From NCBI GenBank assembly GCA_951406725.2, contig OX597830.1:7378001-7442000 (forward strand): a stretch of 64,000 bases of DNA, given 5' to 3'. The notes under the pieces are model-generated. The model made no database searches. It worked only from the letters and a program-made list of their open reading frames with translations, and was not told where the DNA came from. The translations under genes and the position numbers were made by a program. Within the stretch, counting starts at the first letter, position 1; each line of letters opens with the position of its first letter. Origin of the DNA: Octopus vulgaris. Taxonomy: Eukaryota. Positions 1 through 12,559 of the stretch are shown in pieces.

Positions 1-901
1 CTGAAAATCATTTTAAACTACGGAGATAAACATTTCCTAGAGAATTATTCTGTGTGTTTGTGAATGTAAGATTTTGATATATTTCTGAATAAAGAGAACA
101 GCATGAGAGAGAGAGAGAAAGAGAGAGAGAGAGAAAGAAAGAAAGAAAGAATGAAAGAATGAAAGAAAGAAAGAAAAAAGGAGAATGAGGTGACGATTAT
201 TTCCTATCTGCCTGTGTATAACAGATGAAGAAATGTAAATATTCAAAGATAAATATATATCTGATGAGCTGCTACGCCATCAAAACGATAAATATACTCA
301 AATGCATCTAGCCATCCATCATACATACATACACACATACACACACATACATAGATGCATACATAGAAACGTATGTATATGACTGTGTGCTTAGGAGTGT
401 ATGCATCATAATCCTTTTGTGTACATATTGTAGTTTATAGATTTTGGGGTAGCGTGAACAAGCTAAAAGTCATATAATATTGGATATATATATATATATA
501 TGCAGCGGAAAATTCTATATTAACACTTTCAATATTTCTCGGCTCTTGTCCATTATTGGGTCAATTTTAAAAGAAATTATCTGTGATTATCAAGAAAATG
601 TCCTCCTACCTTTCCGATTTCGAAATCCACCATCAATGGACAATTTTGAAGTAAAATAATAACTTCTAGAATGAAACATCTTTGATCGAAAACATTCTTC
701 AAACAGCAATTGAAGAAATCTGGAGAATTAATGGAACTGTGAAAGGTGTATATAATAAATAGAGACAAGAAGTCCCGCTGAAAAATAAATTTTTAATAAA
801 TTCGACTCAACAATTTGTGTCTGTTCCCGTAGCAGTAAATGATATCTTTGTTTTAGCTTTTTTAAAATAATTCCAAGTTTCACACACACACATACACAAG
901 C

Positions 902-984
<83 letters not shown>

Positions 985-1299
985 CAGACACACGCATTCC
1001 AAGGTGTTGATTTTGTAGTTCACAACTAATCATATTTTTGCTAAGGAATTTTTTTCCGAAATAATGTAATGTTAAACATTTTTCGTCTGTATTTATTTTA
1101 TTTTCAAATTCTTTGCCTCTATGTTGTATTTTATTGGTTCCTCTAAATAACAAATCGTGTAAGAATCAGGCCCTGTTCAGATCTTACTAAAAACAAGCGA
1201 ATTATTCAAGATGGCTTGTCCGAGAGATCTCGTATGAGATGTTAAATTTGAGAAAATATGAGACTAAGTTCACTTCATTGTTAAAAAAAAAGAAAGAAT

Positions 1300-1475
1300 A
1301 AGGCGGCGTGTTGGCAGTATCGTTACCGGTCCTAACAAAATGGCTAATGATATTTCGTCCGTCTTTATGTTCTGAGATCGAATCTCACCGAGGTCGACTT
1401 CGCCTTTCATCCTTTCGGGGGTTAATAAAATAAGTACCAGTCGAGTGATGGGGTCGATGCTATTGATTTGCCCCA
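1300..1475 (+). mobile_element. tRNA-derived SINE, family A (Meta-domain-like)
   Basis: Head aaggcggcgtgttggcag..., central gcctttcatcctttcgggg..taaaataagtacc (Meta/Sauria-SINE-like domain); matches many other copies in the window. Confidence 0.8.
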
Positions 1476-3222
1476 GCCATAAATCTAGAATTTACTTATC
1501 TAGATTCTCATCACTTATAAAGACTTGTGAGTTCGTAACAAGTGAGTAAATTTATTTATTTGAATAAATTAGCAATAATCATATGATGGTATTGAACTTT
1601 CAGTCTGTGCACTTAAATTCATAGTCTGAGTTTAATCGGTCATAGTGTTTAGGTAAAGACAAGTTGTTTAGATATCACAAACATAAGGTTAAGAAAGGGC
1701 TACAGATAGCAGAGGTGCTTTATGGAAGTATCTGGAGAAATTGAGGAATAAAAGTAACAGGGTTGTAAATAATACAGGATAGTTACGTAGAGAAAAAAAA
1801 GATGAAAATGGGACAAAGAAAAAAGAAAGTAAAAGAAATGTAGCATTTCTTCACAGCAATAAGCCCCCACCCCCACGATAGCTTGTGGCCTGGAAACTGG
1901 GTTTTCTAGATATCTAATAAGTATCTACTCATGTAAGGACATTTTGAACAGATTTCATTTTTAGAGTTTAGCCATATATCATATCATGAAAGCTAAAACG
2001 AATATTCATCATCGCTTCGGTTTGGTATTAAATACATCTCTAACATTACGCCCCTAAACACAAAATAGCCTCATACCCTGGACAATCCTCTAGCGTGGCC
2101 CCATTCCTTTTTAACGACAAAAAGCAGGGAAAACCCATGAAATTGAACACTTTCCAAACAATCCTCGATCTATGTACAACCCCAACTGAAAATACTTTAA
2201 AATTACATAAAATAACTCATTAAAAACCAATAATTTTTGAACCATCTAACCTTTAACACCCACAGTCGATAATGAACAGATACATTCCCACTTAACTATG
2301 CTTGCATCTCAAAAGCAATTCGTATATGAGTCGCATATCACCTCGAAAATCAGGGACAGATTAAAAAATATAAAGATGACAGGAATTCGATTCATAACAG
2401 ACATAACTATATTGCCACCTGAATTGCGTCTCGCGAAAGAGTACGATAACGAATACAGGCATCCGAAGGAGTCCGTACAAAGGAGTCCGTCCAAAGGGTC
2501 TCTGCAGTTACGTTACCAGACAGAGGCCGTAGCTCGGAGATAAGAGAGTCTCTCTAGGTTGATTCACGACTTCTTCAACTTGAATAGTCACATGTCTGAG
2601 ACTATGAACATACGATTAGAAAAGAATGTCGCAGGAAAGAAATACAAGAAGGATTCCTCAAGCTGAGCCAAGTGTCTGTCTAAGATGAAATCGGGAACCT
2701 GATGGTTGGATAATATCCATAATCTCATTTGGTCACTCTTGAGAATCTAGCTGGAATCCAGGGGTTGCTTCTGATAGGGCCCTATAGAGGAGAAATTGCC
2801 TGATGATTTCTACCCTCATCACTCTCACAGGGATAATGGACGGTGAAAACGGATGAATTCATCCCTGGTCTTAAAGACAACAATACGGAATACAAGTAAA
2901 CAGAGAATTAGCGAGAGAAGTCAGCTACATAGCAAAGGAACCCCAAAATATTCTTTAATCCCCTGAATGAAAGGCCACCATATAGCAATAAACGAAAGCC
3001 TATAGAAATTCCTTCAACATTCACTCGCAATGTTTCAGAACTTACAGATATTTCTCTAAACTTTTGTTGAAATTATGGGATCATGTAAATTCCCTTAACA
3101 AATCATTCGGTTCTTTTCCTTTATCCTCGGAAACTTTAGCAATGATTTCTAACAAGCTACAAGACAAATTTATTTTATTTTACTGTACATTTTATAATTT
3201 ATCATTAGATTTAATATAGATA

Positions 3223-3395
3223 AAGATGGCAAGCTAGAAGAAACATTTGCTATATTCCCTCCGATGTTTTATATTTTGAGTTCGAATCCCGCCCAGTTCA
3301 ACTTTACCTCTCGGGGTCTATAAAATAGGTACCAGCTGCGCGGTCGGGTCAATGCAATTAGTTTCTATCTCCCTCCTAATTTGCTGGTTTTCTGT
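3223..3395 (+). mobile_element. degenerate family A SINE
   Basis: gagttcgaatcccgcc B-box-like motif followed by ctcggggtctataaaataggtacc. Confidence 0.6.
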
Positions 3396-3399
3396 CTAT

Positions 3400-3675
3400 T
3401 CTTTCATTTGCTTCAGTCATTTGACTGCGGCTATGCTGGAGCGCCGCCATTTAGTTGAAGAAATCGACCTCTGGACTTATCCTTTGTAAATCTGGTGCTT
3501 ATTCAATCGGTCGCTTTTGCCAAACCGCTAAGTTATGGGGGCGTAAACACACCAACATCGGTTATCAAGCGATGGGGGTGCAAACACAGACACAAACAAC
3601 AAGCACATACACACATATATATGTACATGTATATATATATATACGACGGGCTTCTTTCAGTTTCCATCTACCAAA
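3400..3675 (-). mobile_element. family B SINE, 3' part
   Basis: Reverse complement of the family B tail (…ccagcatagccgcagtcaaatgactgaagc) with internal microsatellite. Confidence 0.8.
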
Positions 3676-3693
3676 TCATATACACACACATGC

Positions 3694-3761
<68 letters not shown>

Positions 3762-3837
3762 ACATACACACACACATATATATATATATATATATTTACA
3801 TATAGGTGTATATGATTGTGTATAGAAGAATATATTA

Positions 3838-4087
3838 CTCAAAGAAGTTCGAACTTCGATTTTCGCGTTTTATTTACAATCTTATAATATTGAATGTCCA
3901 TTATGATTGAGCTAGTACTTTCATGCATTAAACTATGCAATCTTCAGGTTTTTGTAGTGGTGGTGAGAGTTATGTTTTACGATTCACAACTGCCAGAATG
4001 GACATTAAATAGTCTAACATTTCATTATAATATATCATTATAAAATTTTAAATAAAACGTGAGAATCAAAGTTGGAATTTCTTTGAG
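3838..4087 (-). mobile_element. Penelope-like fold-back element with hammerhead-like motif
   Basis: Diverged inverted arms (ctcaaagaagttcgaacttcgattttcgcgttttattt / aaataaaacgtgagaatcaaagttggaatttctttgag); minus-strand CTGAAGA-tTGCATagtttaATGCAt-GAAA-GTAC-TA at 3913-3947; flanked by (TA)n. Confidence 0.65.
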
Positions 4088-4277
4088 ATATATACATAAT
4101 TTACATACATACATAATATATATATATATATATATACATGTTGAGCAAAGTACCTGCTGAGATTAAATACTCATGAACAGGTCGATCAACAGACTTATAA
4201 GGCTTCATTAACTCTATACCTTCTTTAATTTTTTAATTCTCTAATCATGGAATTAACTTAAAAGTTCTTTGTTCACA

Positions 4278-4528
4278 GCTTAAGGCTACCGTTGTTTTCA
4301 TGTTAAGAGAAATGCATCAACTATTATGGGGCTTTCCAATTATGGAGCCTTCCTCGTCTCCATCTTGCTGTAATCTAAGATAGAGACGTACAACGACGTT
4401 CCATATGGCAGGGCAGACTTAATAATTGCTAAGGGATTTCCGTCTTAGCATGAAACCAAAGGCAGCCTTAAGCCATAAATAAACAATTTTTATCCAGCAA
4501 TGCAGAGTTGAGCACTCGTTCTCGTTCC

Positions 4529-4531
<3 letters not shown>
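4278..4531 (+). mobile_element. Penelope-like fold-back element, decayed hammerhead (same family as 7028-7880)
   Basis: 4278-4312 is the inverted copy of 4436-4472; tgctaag..cttagca-t-GAAA-ccaaagg-CA-gcc; tail atccagcaatgcagagttgagcactcgttctc matches 7838-7870. Confidence 0.6.
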
Positions 4532-4590
<59 letters not shown>

Positions 4591-4783
4591 GATTATTTAT
4601 TCGTATTTCTAGCAATATAGGTGTTACACGGCGCCCTCAATCATAGTTAGTAACAACTGAATTTTTTTCTTTTTTGGTTTATTTTGCGTATAACTTCCTT
4701 CGTTATTTTATATATAAAATTAATGTTTTAGTTCAGCAAGTACATTGTTCAGCATGTATATATATATATATATGTATATATGC

Positions 4784-4827
<44 letters not shown>

Positions 4828-4828
4828 G

Positions 4829-4886
<58 letters not shown>

Positions 4887-5046
4887 GCCCCAGCATGGCC
4901 ACAACTCGTGAGCTGAAACTAGATAAAATAAAAATTGAAAATTAAAATATCAACAAAATCGAGCACACATACACCTATGTGAGTGTGCGTGTGTATGAGA
5001 ATACATACGTACATACATATATATATATATATATACTCAGACAAAG

Positions 5047-5104
<58 letters not shown>

Positions 5105-5586
5105 ATAGTATACTTATACATATGTATGTGTATGTATATATACATACACACATACACATGTATATACACATGCATACATAGATACACACGTACGTACTTT
5201 AAAATATATACAGATGCACGTAAGCTTACTCTATTTATCATAAAACGATGATGTATTGCTTTATACACTCATGAATATGGCGTCGATTGCAAAAGAGAAA
5301 TTAAACGTAATTTCTAGAAGAAAAAAAACACGTAGAAAACATCAAAGTTAAAAGTTGTTTTCTTTGTCGTTGCTATCCAAATATTATAGAACTTCTCCAA
5401 AGATAATAATTGACGTATCTCTTACATGAATTTAAACTTATATTTATACATACATGCACATACACACACATATTCACATACACACACACACACACACTCA
5501 TACATGTTTTTCTATTGAAGAAATTATGCAACTTATATGAGATATTTGAAAGGAATGTATACATCTAATGAGTGTGTGTGTGTGTG

Positions 5587-5694
<108 letters not shown>

Positions 5695-5700
5695 AATCTG

Positions 5701-5746
<46 letters not shown>

Positions 5747-5750
<4 letters not shown>

Positions 5751-5936
5751 ATGTTATTATCTGGCTATTTAATAGCCAGATAACCGAAGAGATGGTGTTG
5801 TGGATTTCCACTTCTGCATCTGAAACTCAGAGTTTTATCTTGACTACCGAGTAATGTAACATATTGTATAGATAAATTTCCTCTATTTACATAATATTGA
5901 GGTCTCTTTCTTTCTTTTGTTATCTTACCGTTTTAT

Positions 5937-5940
<4 letters not shown>
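5747..5940 (+). mobile_element. Penelope-like pLTR fragment with hammerhead-like motif
   Basis: Palindrome ttatctggctat-tta-atagccagataa (5757-5783); GATAA-CCGAAGA-gatg..catc-t-GAAAC-tcaga-GTT-TTATC (5779-5839); (TA)n on both sides. Confidence 0.7.
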
Positions 5941-5983
<43 letters not shown>

Positions 5984-5985
<2 letters not shown>

Positions 5986-6410
5986 CGCAGGAGTGGCTGT
6001 GTAGTAAGTAGCTTGCTAACCAACCACATGGTTCTGGGTTCAGTCCCACTGTGTGGCATCTTGGACAAGTGTCTTCTGCTATAGCCCCGGGCCGACTAAT
6101 GCCTTGTGAGTGGATTTGGTAGACGGAAACTGAAAGAAGCCTGTCGTATATATGTATATATATATATGTATATGTATGTGTGTGTGTGTGTTTGTGTGTC
6201 TGTGTTTGTTCCCCTAGCATTGCTTGACAACCGATGCTGGTGTGTTTACGTCCCCGTCACTTAGCGGTTCGGCAAAAAGAGACCGATAGAATAAGTACTG
6301 GGCTTACAAAAAGAATAAGTCCCGGGGTCGAGTTGCTCGATTAAAAGGCGGTGCTCGAGCATGGCTGCAGTCAAATGACTGAAACAAGTAAAGGAGTAAA
6401 GGAGTAAGGG
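5984..6410 (+). mobile_element. family B tRNA-derived SINE, full length
   Basis: ggcgcaggagtggctgtgtagtaag head (A box), ggttcagtccc B box, internal (TA/TG)n, tail gactgaaacaagtaaaggagtaaaggag. Confidence 0.9.
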
Positions 6411-6420
6411 ATATATATAT

Positions 6421-6540
6421 ATACCAGAGTAAGCACATAAATGCGAAACAAGGTGGAAATTCTAAACAAAACTGTCCGACGAACGGGAACTTGAAACACT
6501 GATAACAGCTTTTCTGATATTTTGTTGCTTTTCAATAAAG

Positions 6541-6623
<83 letters not shown>

Positions 6624-6824
6624 CCTCGTGAGTACCGCTGGTGATTTTTTTTCCTCTGTATTCCCTTCTCGGGATCTTTCCTTCTCCTATGTTTCCGACG
6701 AAGAGCTCCGCTCCAAACGTTAAACCCTCCTTCTTCCCTTCTTTCCTGAAGCGTCCAATAATACTTTATACTTGTTCCACGTCCTTGCGTTGTTGTGTTT
6801 TTTTTTGTGCTTTCTTGTTTGGAT

Positions 6825-6830
<6 letters not shown>
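6421..6830 (+). mobile_element. two Penelope-like pLTR fragments with hammerhead-like motifs
   Basis: CTGT-CCGACGA-acgggaactt-GAAAC-actg-ATA-ACAG (6472-6508); GTTT-CCGACGA-a-GAGCtccGCTC-caaac-GTT-AAAC (6691-6725); both between microsatellites. Confidence 0.6.
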
Positions 6831-6861
<31 letters not shown>

Positions 6862-7165
6862 CCATCTGTCTGGCGATTTATACATCTATATATATATATA
6901 CATACAGATATGTATGTATATATCTTTCTATTTAACTATCTATGGAAATTGTGTGTGTGAGTGAGTGCGTGTCTGTCTGTCTGTGTGTTTGGGTGTGTGT
7001 GTGTTGTGGGTGTCTGGTGGGTATATGTGTGTATTAAAAATACCATTGGTTTGATGTTAAGAAAAAATATCTTAATATCTTAACGATTGGAGACTGTCTC
7101 CGTCTCCAGTTTGGATAAAGCACAATTTTTCCATGTGATCGTCATGATAAATTGTTAAGATATTC

Positions 7166-7761
7166 TTTTCTACTCTAGGCACAAGACCAGAAATTTTGGG
7201 GGAGGGGTACTTAATTTATCGACCCAGAAAGGATGAAAGGTAAAGTCGATCACGACCGAATTTGAAGTCAGAACATAAAGACAGGCGAAATACCAATTTC
7301 TTTACTACCCACAAGGGGCTAAGCACAGAGAGGACAAACAAGGACAGACAAACGGATTAAGTCGATTATATCGATACCAGTGCGTAACTGGAACTTAATT
7401 TATGGACCTCGAAAGGATGAAAGGCAAAGTCGACCTCGGTGGAATTAGAACGGAGCGGCGAGCTGGCAGAAACGTTAGCACGCCGGGCGAAATGCTTAGC
7501 GGTATTTCGTCTGCGTTACGTTATGAGTTCAAATTCCGCCGAGGTCGACTTTGCTTTTCATCCTTTCGGGGTCGATAAATTAAGTACCAGTTACGCACTG
7601 GGGTCGATGTAATCGACGTAATACCTATGTCTGTCCTTTTTTGTCCCCTCTGTGTTTAGCCCCTTGTGGGTAATAAAGAAATAGGAATTAGAACAGAGCG
7701 GCAGACGAAATACCGTTGAGCATTTCACCCGGCGTGCTAAAAGTTCTGCCAGCTCATCGCC
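7166..7761 (-). mobile_element. dimeric family A SINE carrying a second, opposite-strand SINE
   Basis: Minus-strand units 7166-7296 and 7297-7761, bounded by the 18-bp TSD. Confidence 0.85.
7452..7683 (+). mobile_element. young full-length family A SINE
   Basis: Near-consensus body; 11-bp TSD ggaattagaac at 7441-7451 and 7684-7694. Confidence 0.9.
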
Positions 7762-7938
7762 TAAATTGTTAAGATATTCAGATATGATTTCTTAACATGA
7801 AACCAATGGTAGCCTTAATACACAAATAATGAAATTCTATCCACCAATGCGGTGTTGAGCACTCGTTCTCCTCGTCCGATGTTTTTGTTCCATTTCTATA
7901 AATATATATATATATAGGTAGATAGATAGATCGATAGG

Positions 7939-7995
<57 letters not shown>

Positions 7996-8002
7996 CGATA
8001 GG

Positions 8003-8048
<46 letters not shown>

Positions 8049-8169
8049 CCTAAAACTTACTTGGAAATGGATGCGTGGTGCTCGATTATATAATAATATA
8101 AATAATATATAAATATATGCATATATTCATACATATATGTTCATACCTACATATATATGTATATATACA

Positions 8170-8620
8170 TGGACATATGTGTACAGGGCATCAGCAAAAA
8201 CGTAGACAAAATGAGAAACGAGAACATAAAAAACAAAAACATAGAAAGCGAACGTTTTTTCGAACAAAGAAACAGAGAAACGAGACAGGTAACATAAAGA
8301 GCATTCCCTTCATCAGTTGTCCCCTGTTTTATCTACTCCGCATTTCGAAGGTAGGGTCAATACGCGACTTTGTTAAAACAATCCTTCTCGCAAATCAGAT
8401 TAAATAAAATTGGGGATTTTTTGCGGTTGGTGTAAATGGTAACAAGAACAGGACATTGAGAACAAAACAGTAAAAACAAACGATGAGGGTTGTTAAGCGA
8501 AGACGATGTGAAGTGGTGAACGCTGGAAAAAAGACAGGTAAAAGGAGAGACAAGTAAAAAGGACGTCTTGTCTTTAGGAACGAAGTGGAAGAAAGATGGA
8601 TGACCGTTCGTCACGTGTGA
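8170..8620 (-). mobile_element. probable Penelope-like 3' end/pLTR remnant
   Basis: Minus strand is pyrimidine-rich, carries CTGATGA (8310-8316) and ends in a (TA)n-rich tract; no complete hammerhead. Confidence 0.35.
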
Positions 8621-8763
8621 GCAGCGAGAGAGTCAAGGAGGAAGAGTGAGAGCGAGTGAGCGAGAGAGAGGAGGGACGGGGAAAGGGAGTGGAGAGAAAA
8701 ACAGAAAGGAAGAACAAGAGAGGGAGATAGATAGACAGAATAGAGATAGAATAAGCGTATATA

Positions 8764-9663
8764 CAGTGGCGACCAAAATGTTCAGAACGGCATTGTTTTC
8801 GTCAGAAAAGTAGATATAATTTTTTATCAAAGTTGTTTTATATTCTATAATTTTACAGACAATAAATACGATATTATTTGTTATTGCCTGAGATTTTGGT
8901 GTAATTTGAGAGGATAATACAAAAGTTATGGACGATTTAGTGATTTACTGCAAAACCCATGGCGGCCAAAAGGATCAGAACGGTTGCTTTTACTCCGTGT
9001 TTTAGTATATTTAACCGGCGAACTCTAATGTTTTGAATTTGTTTACGTGACGGTTCGTTTACTAAACATTAGTAAGAATATTTGCAGTGTACTTTGTTAA
9101 TATAATGCCACTTACTCCGTTACCAATTCGTCAGCAGATTATTAAGCTTCGAAGGAAGGATAATTTAAGTATTGGATCTATTGCAAAGATTGTTAACAAG
9201 TCAAAAAGTGTTGTACACGGTATTCTTAAGGTCTACGATGATTGTGGTTCGTGTGAAGCAAAAACGTTTACAGGTAGGCCAAGAAAAACGACCAAGAGAG
9301 AAGATCGTGCTATGGTAAAGTTGGTTAAAAAGGACAGATTTAAAACTGCTGCTGCTGTTTCTCGGAAATCCTATTGAAAATGTGTGGAATATTCTAGGAA
9401 AACGTTTGAAAGCCAGAAATCCTAAAACAACTGAGCAATTATGGAATTCCCTTCAGGAAGAATGGAATAAGATCACCCAGCAAGAAATTGAAAATTTAAT
9501 TTCCTCATGCAGTCGAAGATGTCAGAGTGTGATTGAAGCTAAAGGGCTTCACACTAAATATTAAATAATTCCAATATTCTCTGTCATTTTTTATTATTTT
9601 GTTATTTTTTCAACCGTTCTGATCCTTTTGGCCGCCATGGGTTTTGCAGTAAATCACTAAATC
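8764..9663 (+). mobile_element. Tc1-family DNA transposon (IR/DR type), internally deleted and right-end truncated
   Basis: TA|cagtggcgaccaaaatgttcagaacgg start; inner direct repeat at ~8958-8982; 8933-8985 is inverted at 9611-9663. Confidence 0.9.
9105..9564 (+). pseudogene. Tc1 transposase remnant (HTH region fused out of frame to C-terminus)
   Basis: MPLTPLPIRQQIIKLRR..GRPRKTTKREDR, then after a deletion NPIENVWNILGKRLKARNPKTTEQLWNSLQEEWNKI..AKGLHTKY*; most of the DDE domain is missing. Confidence 0.9.
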
Positions 9664-9886
9664 ATGCTTTCATTCTGCCTATCGATCTACCCATCAAACT
9701 AGATACCTACATATGTTGGTGCCTATAGTATTGTCTGTCCTTTTCTTTATATCTCTCGATCCTCTCTTTCGCTCCACGTCGTTCTGCCTCATTCTTTCTC
9801 TGCTCAGAAACAAAAAATTGAAGTAAAAATATGTATTTAAATGTGTGTGTGTATGTGTTTGTGTGTGTGTGTGTGTTTGTGTGTGT

Positions 9887-9957
<71 letters not shown>

Positions 9958-10417
9958 TGAGTGTATATGCGAGCGTGTTTGTATGAATATCCATTGTATG
10001 TTACGATTTTCTTTGCTCATCTCAAAATTCCGAACGAAAATGTTACATATTGAAATCAACATGGCGGTCATAAACGGAACAAGAGAATAAAACAAGAAAA
10101 CATTGATTTATAAAGACTCATTACTAAACACAATCTACATATGACCAACTCCATTATAAACAGAATTTATAAAGACTAACAATGATATCAAGAAAAACAA
10201 GCTAAGCTTACTGTAACTGATGACGTTTTCTGGAAGCAATAGCGATCTCGTTACAGGCAACAACACATGGATACAAACACAGAAACACACACACACAGAT
10301 ACTATCACACATAGGAACACATACACACACACACACACATATATACACACACATATATATATATTTATGCATATATATATATAATATATATATAAACACA
10401 CACACATATATATAAAT

Positions 10418-10483
<66 letters not shown>

Positions 10484-10698
10484 AAGAGCAAATAGGTATG
10501 TATGTCTATATCAGAGGAAAAAGGGAAGAGCAAATAGGTAGATGTATAGATAGATAGATAAACTGACATATAGATAGCTAGATCGATAGATAGATAGATA
10601 GATGCACACGTACGTACATATATGCATGCATACGTATATAAATAAACACGCATATAAATACATACACACACATAGATATATATAAATTTATGTATATA

Positions 10699-10732
<34 letters not shown>

Positions 10733-11440
10733 TATATAATATATGAATATATATGAATGTGTGTGTGTGTGTGGTGTCTCTATACGCGTGTACATATCTC
10801 TGTGTGCATATTCGTGTCTCTGTGAATGGAGGTATATTTCTATGAATCATAAACAAACGTTCTAACATTTATGTTTCACACAACATTATTAACACTATAA
10901 CTACAGACTCCATTATTTTCCGTTATTTACCAAAATCCAAACTTCGTCAGCGAAAACAATGTGGCAATGTTTGGGTTTGATGCCTTCCTGATAAATTGTT
11001 TGTATCATTCTTTGATCATCTTCATTGTTGCTGCTGTTGTTGTTATTTTTATTGTTGTTGTTGTTGTTGTTGTTTAAATGATAATATTGTTTTCATTTGT
11101 GTTCTTTTTTTACATTTCGTTTTGCCTTTCATTTTTTTTGCTTTTGTTTTCTTTTCATATATATTGCTAATTAATGGATTGCTTTAAATTGGAAAGAATA
11201 TAAATTTAATTGCTGTTGTATCAAATACGCTGACAATAACGACTCTTAATGAACTCGTAAATGAGAGCCGACGAATACATATATACACACACATACGTAC
11301 ACAGACACACACATATACTTATATATGTAGATATGTGTACTTTTTAATGTATGTCCAGATGTAGGAATATATACATATATATTTATACATATATATACAT
11401 ATACACACATACATATATATATAAATATATAAACATATAC

Positions 11441-11483
<43 letters not shown>

Positions 11484-12559
11484 TGTGTGTATGTATGTTT
11501 TTATGTATGTATACATATATACGTATAGATATACATACCTGTAAGAGGAAGAGATCGAAAGAGTTACGAAAGATTTTATTATTCTTGTTGACATAATTGT
11601 CGTTGTTGTTGTTGATTGTTGTGGTTGTTAAGCAACAAGACGGGTAAGGGTGATTAGGTGATGGTCTAGGGCTTAGGGTCGGGAGACCCCAGACCTTGGA
11701 AAAAAAAACTTTGGTCGTCTTGTTGTAGTCGAGGGCTCTTCGTTGACGCCCGATATTACTGGGAGGTGGCACTTGAAGTCGCCGGAAATGGAGATCTCCA
11801 GGTCCAAATTCTTGAACGGCTGTTGTTGTTGATGTTGATGCTGTTAGTGGTAGTTGTCGTCGTTGTGGCCTTTGTGGTGGTTCTCGCCGTCGTCGTCTCG
11901 GTAGTGGTGAAGGTGGCGCTGATGAATTTTCGTAGTGGTGGCTGTGTTTGTTTTATTGTTGTGTTTGTTATCTTTCTTTTTTTTCCTTTTTTTTCACATA
12001 AATTAACTTGTGGCATCGACATATTGTGGCCGACATATCATCCGATGTGCTGATTCCAAGTCCCACTCTGATGATCTTCATTTCCGTCTCTCGGTGATCG
12101 CTATAACAATTGCCATAAAGTTACACGACGTCGATAAGATATGGTTTTTAAAATTGTGAAGAAACGGTGTACCTAGCAGGTACTTTATCTTGAAGCACAC
12201 CTCCTACTTAGCTACGTATTCTACAACCGATTAAAGACGAATAGAAACAAATAAAATACAAAATGAGGTTAAAACATTTCAAGCCAAATAATGCTGTAAC
12301 ACTGGAGCACTTGTATACCAAATGGAAGTTTTTTTTGTCCACCAGCTAAAGTGGATCAATTGATAGTAGACGTTATATAGGTATATTAGAGGGCACGTTC
12401 AATAAACGATGCACAAACGGCATTACCTTCTTGAAACATATTGACAAGATAAATTGCACAGTTTTGACTAATTCCAACCTTCGATGAAAGAAGATACAAA
12501 GAATGGAATAAAAAGGGAAATACCAGAAAGGAGCTGGCTATATTTAAACACATGGCAAT

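Larger units (their letters stand above)
7028..7880 (+). mobile_element. Penelope-like fold-back element interrupted by nested SINEs
   Basis: 7028-7088 is inverted relative to 7762-7824; GAAA-ccaatgg-TA-gcc at 7799-7814; 18-bp TSD taaattgttaagatattc at 7148-7165 and 7762-7779. Confidence 0.7.

Noticed and set aside
577-790. Possible mariner C-terminal remnant on the minus strand (..NSPDFF..)
   Set aside because: Too degenerate to support
1950-3100. Microsatellite-free block with 81-aa ORF 2298-2543
   Set aside because: Many stops and no recognisable domain; probably an old retroelement, cannot be assigned
8250-8360. CTGATGA on the minus strand as a hammerhead
   Set aside because: No convincing stem I/III arrangement
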